From: Azolla caroliniana
Taxonomy: Eukaryota > Plantae > Polypodiophyta
Direction of reading: 5' to 3'
Assembly (NCBI GenBank): GCA_043228905.1
Contig: JBHGNT010001258.1
Span: 1 to 10,592, forward strand
DNA: 10,592 bases
Part shown: positions 1-7,817 of the stretch, in pieces
Numbering within the stretch: the first letter of the stretch is position 1
Layout of the letters: each line of letters starts with the position of its first letter
Program-made: the position numbers and the translations under genes
The notes under the pieces: model-generated
Told to the model about the DNA's origin: nothing
The model's database searches: none
The model's input: only the letters and a program-made list of their open reading frames with translations

Positions 1-328
1 AAGAGGGAGGATACAACACGAGACTCAGAGGCAACGAACTCGAGTTCTATATCTTCGCCGATCAGCGGTTACAACAGAAATAAGTTATGTGTGTGTGTGT
101 GTGTGTGTCTCTCTCTCTCTACATCTATAATGTTGATTAACAACAACATAACAGTATTGCCTTAGTTATATTTATACTTATATAACTTTGGGACTATTTA
201 CAAATATGACGTGAATGGTCACGTCTGAACATATTTACTCATATGTTCCTATTTGCTGGTTCATACCAGACTCCTTCCGGATCCATCCGATCTGGTATCC
301 GAATACCTTCCGAACCTATCCGGTCCGG
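1..328 (-). repeat. Distal part of the Ty1/copia 3' LTR (runs off the window edge)
   Basis: Shares CCTTCCG/TCCGG-rich texture with 1139-1205 on the other side of the AT-rich insert. TATA-like TATAAATATA on the - strand near 166-175, followed by a microsatellite and a TGTAAC motif. No second LTR copy in the window to confirm. Confidence 0.55.
88..119. repeat. Compound microsatellite (TG)10(TC)6
   Basis: Read directly from sequence. Confidence 0.95.
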
Positions 329-1138
329 TGTCGTGATGTTTTCGACACATAGTGCGAAACCACCCTCAAAAGAGAATAAAATAGTAGTCCAAATAAACTA
401 ATGTTGTTAAATCAACTATAGTAATAAATGAAAGGATAAAAAGTTAGAAGCGGTTTTCAAAAGTAGACAAAAATAGAGAAAAAGATAGGAAAAGAAAAGC
501 TAGTCGTGGATATGAGGAGCAAAGTCGAGTAAAAAGATTGTAATTTCCTCGTCCAATGTCCAAATTAGAAAAGGAAAGATGCATAAGAAAGCTACAGAAA
601 TAGCTTTCTAAGAGTAGCTTGCATGTCTGATTTGACATTACAAAACAGAAATAGTGATAAAAAGAAAACTTGACTCATATAGAGAAACTTTTGGGAAAAA
701 GAAAGGAAGCAAGCAATCCTAAACCTATAAATAAGAGCTTATTTTAAGAAGAAGGGGGAGGGGATTTGAAGAAGAAAATATTTATGTTTCCTCTCTCATA
801 CTCTTATACCCTAAAAGGGGATAGAAAACAAAACATGTAACAAAATAGATCCATTATAGTGATGATTTAGTAATAAAAAGCTTTCCATGTTTCCTCTCTC
901 ATGATCTCTTTCTTTAAACTTTTCTTATGTATAAGTAAAATTAAGTGTTATTAATGCTTGCTTACTCTAATCCTTCTTACTCATAAGAATAATGAAGTAT
1001 TATTCAATCTCACTCGAAGATTTGCTTATGCATAAATGTAATTAACTATTATTCGATCTCTTATACTACCAATTTGCTCTTATTAGAGGGAAATCTCTCG
1101 TCTTTGATCTTAAAGTGCATTAAGCGTTAAGCCCTACA
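329..1138 (+). mobile_element. Probable solo LTR (~810 bp) inserted in the copia LTR
   Basis: Abrupt AT-rich block starting TGTCGTGA (same first bases as the LTRs at 7085 and 7818) and ending CTACA. CCTATAAATA TATA box at ~724-733, AATAAA at ~872-877, no coding capacity. TSD not clean: TCCGG on the left, TCCTT directly on the right, TCCGG 4 nt further on. Confidence 0.6.
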
Positions 1139-1205
1139 TCCTTCCGGTCTAGAACCCTGGTAGTTCCGCCTCACGATCCGCACGTACTGGCGGATTTTCA
1201 TTACA
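1139..1205 (-). repeat. 5' start of the copia 3' LTR (TGTAATG...)
   Basis: On the - strand TGTAATGAAAATCC begins just after the RNaseH end and a purine tract. Confidence 0.6.
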
Positions 1206-1209
1206 TCGG

Positions 1210-1220
1210 TTCCTTCCTTC
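1210..1220 (-). other. Putative polypurine tract of the copia element
   Basis: GAAGGAAGGAA on the - strand between the RNaseH C-terminus and the TG LTR start. Confidence 0.5.
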
Positions 1221-3544
1221 GGCATGGGATGTCTCGTTAGTCCGATCCGTCTCTGGCATACGTCCAGCTTGTCGACTGACAGTAGCTTGCTCAGCATGTC
1301 TGACCTGTTCTCCTCCGTATGGATCTTTTTCAAGAATAACTCTTTATCCTCTACCTTCTCCTGGAGCGAGTGATATCTCCTCTGGATGTGCTTGGTTCGG
1401 GAGTGGTAGGCCCCGTTCTTCATGAGGTGGATGGTACTTTGACTGTCATAGTAGAGCCAAAATTCCTCCTGCCGGATCCCTAGCTCTCTGATGAAGTCCT
1501 TCATCTAGATTACCTCTTTGCTAGCTTCCACAGCTGCCATGTACTCCACTTCCATTGTTGAAAGTGCAACGGACTTCTATAGCCTCGACTGCCACGATAT
1601 GGCTCCCTCTGCATATGCCATGACATATCCGGATGTAGATCGACTAGTATCCGCATAAGCCGACATGTTTGAATCGGTGAAGCCTTCAAGTTGGGGTTTT
1701 CCTAAGCCGAATCGGAGGCACATACTCGAGTTGCCTTTCAAGTACTAGAGTATCCACTTGACCGCGGTCCAGTGTTCTCTTGCCGGATTGCTCATGAACC
1801 AGCTGACCACTCCAATAGCATATCTGATATCCGGCCGGGTACACACCATTGCGTACATCATCTTCATCATCTCCGACTTCTTTGTATTTGTCTTCGGGCT
1901 CTACTTCCCAAACAACTTGCAGTTTGCTGGAAGTGTCGACCCGACCGGCTTAACATCTGACATGTTGAATCGTTGGAGCACCTTCGTCACATACTTTTCC
2001 TGTGACGGCCACAATAGCTTCTTCGTCCGGTCCCAGACTATGTGCATCCCCAATGTCTGTCTCGCTGAACCCAAATCTTTCATTGAGAAGGTTCGGTTCA
2101 AGGCCCTCTTTATATTTCCGATTTTGATCCGGTATGGTCCGACGATCAACATGTCATCCACATACAGCAAAAGTATTAGGAAGTCACCTCCGTCAAATTT
2201 CTTCACGAACACGCAGTGGTCGGCATGCGTCTTGTGGTATCCTTGGTCGGTCATGAAGGGGAGCTTGCTTCAGTCCGTATAAGCTCTTCTTCAACCGGAA
2301 CACCAAGTGCTCCTTCCCTTTCTTGACAAATCCTTTCAGATGTTGCATGTAGATCTCTTCTTCGAGGTCATTGTGCAGGAACACTGTCTTGATGTCTAAC
2401 TGCTCGACCTCGAGGTTCATGCTTGCCACAATGCTCAGCACAATCTGGATGGATGTCATCTTTACTATCGGGGCAAAGATCTCATCGAAATCTACTCCTT
2501 TCTTTTGTTGAACCACACATATGAATTCACAGAGCTGCTGAAAGGAAAGAGAGTACTTCGGAACAAGTGGGTGAACAAGCTGAAACTGGGAGACGTCGGA
2601 AATCTACCAAGGTACAAAGCTCGGATCCCCCTCGTCGGTCAGCAACACATGCTTTGCATGCGGAAATATTCGGGGGGCTCTTCTCTCCCTGAGAGGATAT
2701 CTCCTTCCTTGGTCTTCGGTCACCGGTTCCTTCGTTTGTTCTTCATCTGAATCCGATTCAGGGTCTTGTCCAATTCCGATGTCCAATTCTTTGGTCGGTT
2801 TAGATTCTTGTCCGACTCCGACCGGTTCTTCGAGTGTCGTCCGGCTTCTAGTCCGATGGGTCCTTGTGTTTTTCGACCGATCTCTGTCAGTCGATCCAGA
2901 GTCCGCTATCTTCTTCTTCGACCCAGTAGGCAATTGTCTTGTCTTCCATGAAGACTATATCTCGACTCCGGAAAACCGCCTTGTCGACCAAGTCCCACAC
3001 TCGGTACTCGAACTCATCATTGTCGTATCCAAGGAATATGCATGGTCAGGATTTTCGATCCAATTTAGCTCTCTTGTCCTTTGCAACACGTACGTAGGTG
3101 AGGCAGTCAAACACCTTCAGATGCCGGTAAGACACATCTTTACCGGTCCATACTCTTTGTGGTGTGTCTCCGTCCAAGGGTGTTGAAGGTGATCTATTTA
3201 TCACATACGTCGCCGTCATTAGCGCCTCAGCCCAAAACGTCTTGGACAGCTTAGCATGTGCCAGCATGCTCTACACTCTCTCCATTACAGTCTAGTTCAT
3301 CCTTTCGGCCAATCCGTTCAGCTACGGTGTCTTCGGCACAATGAATTCGAGCTGGATTCCCTTCGACCGGTAGTACTCCTCGAACTGCCTTGGGTATTCT
3401 CCTCCATTGTTCGCTCGAACCACCTTCAGCTTCCAGCCGGTTTCCCTTTCCACTTTCGCATGAAATTCCTTGAAGACGTTTGTCTTCAATGGTGAGACCC
3501 ACAGCTTCCAGTTGTGGTCGTCTATGAACGTCATGGAGTACTAT
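1221..3544 (-). pseudogene. pol: Ty1/copia pol pseudogene: integrase core - RT - RNaseH (Tnt1/Tork-like by motif resemblance)
   Basis: Integrase TFIDD, VVRANNGGEY, FWAEALMTATYVINRSPS, HLKVF. RT DFDEIFAP, QLDIKTVFLH, LKKSLYGLKQAP, LLLYVDDMLI (YVDD 2153-2164). RNaseH GFTDS, SRSTSGY, YHSRTKHI. INT-before-RT order is diagnostic for copia. Many stops, frameshifts and small deletions. Confidence 0.96.
2510..2627 (+). other. Inverted fragment of the copia RT N-terminus
   Basis: + strand encodes NHTYEFTELLKGKRVLRNKWVNKLK...RYKARI, the conserved start of copia RT, while both flanks (LLTDEGDP and QQKKGVDFDEIF) read on the - strand. Confidence 0.92.
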
Positions 3545-3778
3545 TGTCAGGAATAGTACTAAAGCAAAGATGGAATTAGTACTAAGAAGAACAATACTAT
3601 TAGTACTAAGAGGACGGGACTGTGTAAGATTCCCGAGAGAGAGGAAGTGAGAAGAGGAGAGAGAGAGATAGGATGATGACAGCAGCTCTTATATTATATG
3701 AAAGATAAGTACAAATCGGCTAAGAGGCTTAAGACTGGTGTTGAACCAATTTGGTTCAAAACAATGCCTTGTGCCTCC

Positions 3779-3785
3779 TTTTATA
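3779..3785 (-). promoter_or_regulatory. LTR TATA box
   Basis: CTATAAAAGGAGG on the - strand, mid-LTR. Confidence 0.75.
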
Positions 3786-3794
3786 GTGTTTTTA

Positions 3795-3854
3795 GGAATA
3801 ATCTTGAAGCTTCTAGAATGTTCTAGAGAGATCTGGAATATACATCAATTTTCT
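3795..3854. promoter_or_regulatory. Heat shock element array (alternating nGAAn/nTTCn)
   Basis: Four contiguous perfect units at 3805-3824 (tGAAgcTTCtaGAAtgTTCt) plus further in-phase perfect or single-mismatch units, immediately upstream of the TATA box in element orientation. Confidence 0.8.
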
Positions 3855-3899
3855 ATGATAAAGCATAAATAAAAATAATATCCTACAAATTACAATTCA

Positions 3900-3956
3900 T
3901 AGTCTAATGGTAAGAGCTCGACTCATGTAGCATAAGGTCATGGGTTCGAGTCTTGC
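3900..3956 (+). promoter_or_regulatory. tRNA-like Pol III type-2 promoter cassette (A box + B box) in the LTR
   Basis: A box TAGTCTAATGG at 3900-3910, AGGTC variable-loop motif at 3935-3939, B box GGTTCGAGTCT at 3943-3953, at canonical tRNA spacing. Acceptor and anticodon stems do not pair. Confidence 0.75.
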
Positions 3957-3968
3957 CATATCATGACA

Positions 3969-3981
3969 CTATCTCCCCCTT
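3969..3981 (-). other. Polypurine tract of the chromovirus
   Basis: AAGGGGGAGATAG directly before TGTCATGA on the - strand. Confidence 0.9.
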
Positions 3982-4003
3982 AAAGACGACGAGTGGAACG
4001 AGT

Positions 4004-5736
4004 CTACGCTAATTGCGGACCGGGTTTGTCCGGATACTTTCGGTGGAAATCAGCAAGAAGATCTTGTGCATTGGCAACATGCTCGACGGGTTCCCAAGTA
4101 CGTTCGCTCGGACTATAACCGAGCCAATCGACCAAGTAATAAAGTTTGTTGCGAACAAGTTTGGAATCGAGGATGGCAGCAACTTCATACTCCGGGCCGG
4201 CATCCAACTCCAGTGGGGGCGGTGGTGGTGTCACACGATCGGGAATGGTGTTTTCTTTATAAGGTTCAAGAAGAGAACAATGGAAAACCGGATGTATCTG
4301 AAGCTGCGGAGGGAGATCAAGGCGGAAGGTGATATCATGACATCATTAATCTTACCCGTAATACGGAAGGGACCGAGTCGTCGATAATCCAACTTGTCGC
4401 ATGGTTGAGTAGTCTTGATGTGACGACGTAAGAGCCATACTCGATCTCCGATGGCAAAAGAGGAGGGAATCCGATGACGATCTGCATAAGTCTTTTGTGT
4501 GTGTTGAGCATGACGAAGGTGAGTAGAGAGATCCATCTGGATCTTGCATAGCCTCTCCAAATGATCCTCGGCACGAGGGTTGGTAGGTAGCTTCGGAGTG
4601 TCGATCACCAACCAGCGAGGATGGAAACCGGTATAAGCGAAAAATGGGGAGACCCAAGTCGAGGAGTGAATAGCATTATTATACGCAAACTCCGCAAAGT
4701 GGAGAATCTCGGCCCAATCGTCCTGTTGATAACTCAGGAAACACCAGAGATATTGCTCCAACGTTTGGTTCGTTCGTTCCGCCTGCCCGTTGGTCTGAGG
4801 ATGGTAGCCAGAGGAGAGATTGCAGGAGACCTTGAGCATCTTGAAGAGATGCTGCCAAAATTTGGAGACAAATTGCGGGCCTCGGTCACTGATAATACTG
4901 TCTGGGAGGCCATGATGCCGAAATACCTCACGCATAACAAGAGCGGCGGTTTCCTCGCTAGTGATGGCTTTAGTACACGGCACAAAATGTGTTATCTTCG
5001 TGTATCGATCGACGACGGTTAGGATAGCATCGAACCCCTTCGAGACCGGTAGATCTATGATAAAATCAAGACAAATAGACTGCCACAGCTTACTTGGAAT
5101 CGGTAAGGGTTCCAACAAGCCATATGGATGGTGTCGTGGCATCTTTGCTCGACAGCAAGCATCACAGGTCCGAACGTAGTCGTCGACAAAACGGCGCATG
5201 TGGGGCCACCAAAAAGATCGATGCACTAGCTCCAACGTCTTAGTACTACCGAAATGTCCCGCCGTATGGGTGTCATGACAATGTTGGATGATTTGAAGGC
5301 GACTGGAGCAATCGGGGACATATACGCGCTTTTTAAAGAATAACAAACCATCATGATATTCGAATTTTCGGTAGTCAATACCTGGTTGTTGAGATCGAGA
5401 ACAGGATGCCCGAGAAGTATCAATGTGCGCCAGGATGTCTTGAGCAAAACTATCCGTCTTCAAGGTTGCACGTATGTCATCGGTAATCCGTGAATCCATC
5501 GGGGTGTGAAAAATCCGCGTCGTGTGCAATCGTGTTGGTCCCAAGATTACTTGCTTTTGATTATCAAATGTTGCATCACCAAGACGAGGTGCAAGATATG
5601 AACACCGTGATAGTGCATCTGCTTTTCCTTGCTGCTTCCCCGGTCGATATGTGATTTTGAAGTCGAAACGCGTGAGGAATTGCGCCCACCGAGGTTGTCG
5701 TCGATTTAGTACGTGAGCGTTCTGAAAATAAGCAAG
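4004..5736 (-). pseudogene. pol: Chromovirus pol 3' half: RNaseH C-terminus, integrase, chromodomain
   Basis: RNaseH end LNRRQPRWAQFLTRFDFKITYRPGKQQGKADALSR (in frame upstream of ORF 4231..5544). INT HHCC (H..AGH..CDAC), DDE (LDFI, SDRG, QAERTN), GPF module. Chromodomain EYEVAAILDS..YLVDWLGY..TWEP at 4004-4192. One frameshift at 4331-4346. Confidence 0.95.
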
Positions 5737-5744
5737 TTAGCAAT

Positions 5745-6920
5745 GTGTTCCTAGCCCAAGTCATTGTTAGTACTAAAAGTACTCCCCCAGTACCCGTTCT
5801 AGCACTTTTAGATTCCGGAGCTAATTCCTGTTTCATGGATCGAAATTTTGCCCAAGCTTCTCAGATATCCTTAAGAAAACTTCCTTGTCCCGCATCTGTA
5901 GTAGTCATTGATGGTCGTCCCATTGCTTCCGGGAATATTGTAGAAGAATCAGAACCCATTCAGGTTGTCCTAGGTAGTTTTGTGTGTGTAATATCATTTA
6001 ATATAATTAGTAGTCTAGAGCATCCCATTGTCCTAGGATTACCTTGGTTTGAATTACATAATCCAGCCATAGATTGGAGAACAAGAGAAGTCCGATATCA
6101 ACCACCCCAAGAATCAACTCACCAAGTTTCGACCATTTCACTCCATCAACTACGCGAAGAAGGACTCAAGGAGGCAATGTTCCTATTTGCAATATCAGTA
6201 CATCCTTCCAGCACTATTAAGAAGGACTCCTTAGTACAACTTCCAGCAAAATATCATCTTTATGCCGATGTATTTGACAAGGTAAAAGCCGGTACCCTTC
6301 CTCATCACCGTCCCTATGACTGTCCCATCGATTTACAACCAGGAACCGAGCCACCATGGGGACCAATTTACAACTTGTCACCCACTGAGTTAGAAGTCCT
6401 TCGAGCCTACATAGAGGAGAACTTGGCAAGCGGGTTCATCCGCCATTCGAAATCTCCGGCCGGTGCACCCATCTTCTTTGTCAAGAAGAAAGATGGCTCA
6501 CTTCGTCTTGTCGTTGATTACCGCGGATTGAATAAAGTCACCATCCGAAATAGGTATGCACTTCCTCTTATATCAAGTCTTTTAGAGCGAGTTAATGGTG
6601 CCAAGTTTTTTACTAAAATCGACCTACGAGGAGCGTATAACCTCGTGCGGATCCGACCGGGAGATGAGTGGAAGACCGCCTTTCACACGCGGTATGGGCA
6701 TTTCGAGTATACTGTTATGCCGTTTGGACTAACCAATGCACCCGCAGTCTTCCAACACATGGCAAATGATATATTCAGAGACCTCTTGGATATCTGTTTG
6801 ATCATTTATCTGGATGATCTATTGATTTATTCGAAGACCCAGGAAGAGCACAATTCTCATGTACTATTAGTACTAAAGCGACTCCGCGAGAATGGTCTTT
6901 ATGCCAAGCTAGAAAAATAA
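5745..6920 (+). pseudogene. pol: Chromovirus aspartic protease + RT (truncated, inverted relative to the rest of the element)
   Basis: LLDSGA (DSG 5811-5819), IVLGLPW, FVKKKDGSLRLVVDYRGLN, KIDLRGAY, MPFGLTNAPA, IYLDDLLI (YLDD 6807-6818). The frame is open but ends at YAKLEK, where LTR sequence takes over. Confidence 0.95.
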
Positions 6921-7010
6921 TATCCTACAAATTACAATTCATAGTCTAATGGTAAGAGCTCGACCCATGTAGCATAAGGTCATGGGTTCGAGTCTTGCCA
7001 TATCATGACA
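6913..7010 (-). repeat. Remnant (first 98 bp) of the chromovirus 5' LTR, including a second tRNA-like cassette
   Basis: 97/98 identical to 3871-3968. Ends TCATGACA followed by the TSD. A box at 6942-6952, B box at 6985-6995. Confidence 0.95.
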
Positions 7011-7084
7011 ACTACGATCTGACATGTGACTTGGTGTCCACTTGGCATACTTCGGTATGCACAAGTTCTTGTGGTGCATTCCGT
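7011..7084 (-). pseudogene. Continuation of the copia integrase (N-terminal part of the core)
   Basis: - strand reads RNAPQELVHTEVCQVDTKSHVRS*, matching the copia LELVHTDVC...GG.Y motif, and joins YSMTFIDD at 3540. Confidence 0.88.
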
Positions 7085-7700
7085 TGTCGTGGAGAAAACC
7101 GTCCCTAGGACAAATTGAGGAATAATGGGCGTGAACCGGCCCTTCCCCGTGTGCGTGTGTTTGTGACTTGTACATAACTAGGATACAATCAGCTGTTGTG
7201 AACATACTAGGGAAGCACGCGTTGAAAGGTCTTGGGAATCGAAGTATATCCCTGACTGAAGAGACAGGGAATAAAAACAATGTATCACGGTATAACGGTT
7301 CCCTCCCCCCTTTGACGACCTATAAAAGGGGGGGAGGGAGAAGTCATGAGATATTTTTTTTTTGGGAAGGACGAAGTGGTGTCGGACTGGGAACCGAGCT
7401 CTCTCTCCTCTATCTACCTACCTACCTTCTAATCAGTCTTTGCAGGGTTTTCGGGTCTATTCCTAGCTAGCCGGTTGTAACCGAGAAATTTTGTAATCCA
7501 AACAGTCGTTGTAATTTGACTGCGTTTTCCCCACTATGTGGGCGTGTATTTGACTGATCTGTGTACGCATAAACGATTTGTTCATCCGGTGAGGGTTGCC
7601 TGCAACCATCTCTCTCTCTCTCTCTCTCTTCCTACACTCCTTGGTTCAGGATCCCCGTGATCCCGCCTTATTCCTTACGCGCAAGTGTAACACCGCGACA
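7085..7700 (+). repeat. 5' LTR of gypsy-like element A (616 bp)
   Basis: TGTCG...CGACA termini, TATAAAA at 7321-7327, followed by a PBS and gag start. Ends are similar to LTR B. Predicted TSD TCCGT (7080-7084). Confidence 0.88.
7609..7628. repeat. (TC)10 microsatellite in LTR A
   Basis: Read directly from sequence. Confidence 0.9.
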
Positions 7701-7704
7701 TATT

Positions 7705-7722
7705 TGGTGAACCCAACGTGAA
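7705..7722 (+). other. Primer binding site, tRNA-Trp (element A)
   Basis: TGGTGAACCCAACGTGAA, 4 nt after the LTR end. 17/18 match to the complement of the plant tRNA-Trp 3' end (recalled as ...TTCACGTCGGGTTCACCA). Confidence 0.85.
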
Positions 7723-7744
7723 ACAAGGCGATAGAGGAGTGAAG

Positions 7745-7817
7745 ATGAGGGGATCAAAGCTCGCCGAAGCTATGGCGGCAGCAGTTGATCGAATAGTAAG
7801 TGCTCGCGAAGGCACGG
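7745..7817 (+). pseudogene. gag: gag N-terminus of element A, interrupted by element B
   Basis: MRGSKLAEAMAAAVDRIVSAREGT aligns with MKGSDLAEAMASAVDRILSAREAT of element B. Confidence 0.88.

Larger units (their letters stand above)
3545..3968 (-). repeat. Complete 3' LTR of the chromovirus (424 bp)
   Basis: TGTCA/TGACA inverted termini, adjacent PPT, TATAAAA on the - strand at 3779-3785. Segment 3871-3968 is repeated at 6913-7010 with one mismatch. Confidence 0.95.
3545..7010 (-). mobile_element. Rearranged Ty3/gypsy chromovirus (Tcn1-like) inserted in the copia integrase
   Basis: TGTCA...TGACA termini. Flanks ACTAT (3540-3544) and ACTAC (7011-7015) form a 5-bp TSD with one transition. Copia integrase sequence rejoins across it. 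Contains PR, RT, RNaseH C-terminus, INT and chromodomain. Confidence 0.93.

Noticed and set aside
444-638. 64-aa ORF in the AT-rich block
   Set aside because: Low-complexity Phe/Leu/Ser translation of purine-rich LTR sequence.
1758-2282. 174-aa + strand ORF and similar ORFs opposite pol (e.g. 2779..3186, 4013..4387, 4621..5022)
   Set aside because: Antisense shadows of pol coding sequence.
3552-3610. CRISPR-like array of TAGTACTAA repeats
   Set aside because: Repeats of 8-12 bp with ~14-bp spacers, only three units, no cas genes, eukaryotic LTR context.
3893-3964. Functional tRNA gene (also 6935-7006)
   Set aside because: Acceptor and anticodon stems do not pair and it lies within an LTR; kept only as a tRNA-like promoter cassette.
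5745-6920. Independent retroelement or domesticated RT gene on the + strand
   Set aside because: No own LTR, PBS or TSD, truncated mid-RT, complements the missing part of the surrounding chromovirus and shares its TAGTACTA motif.
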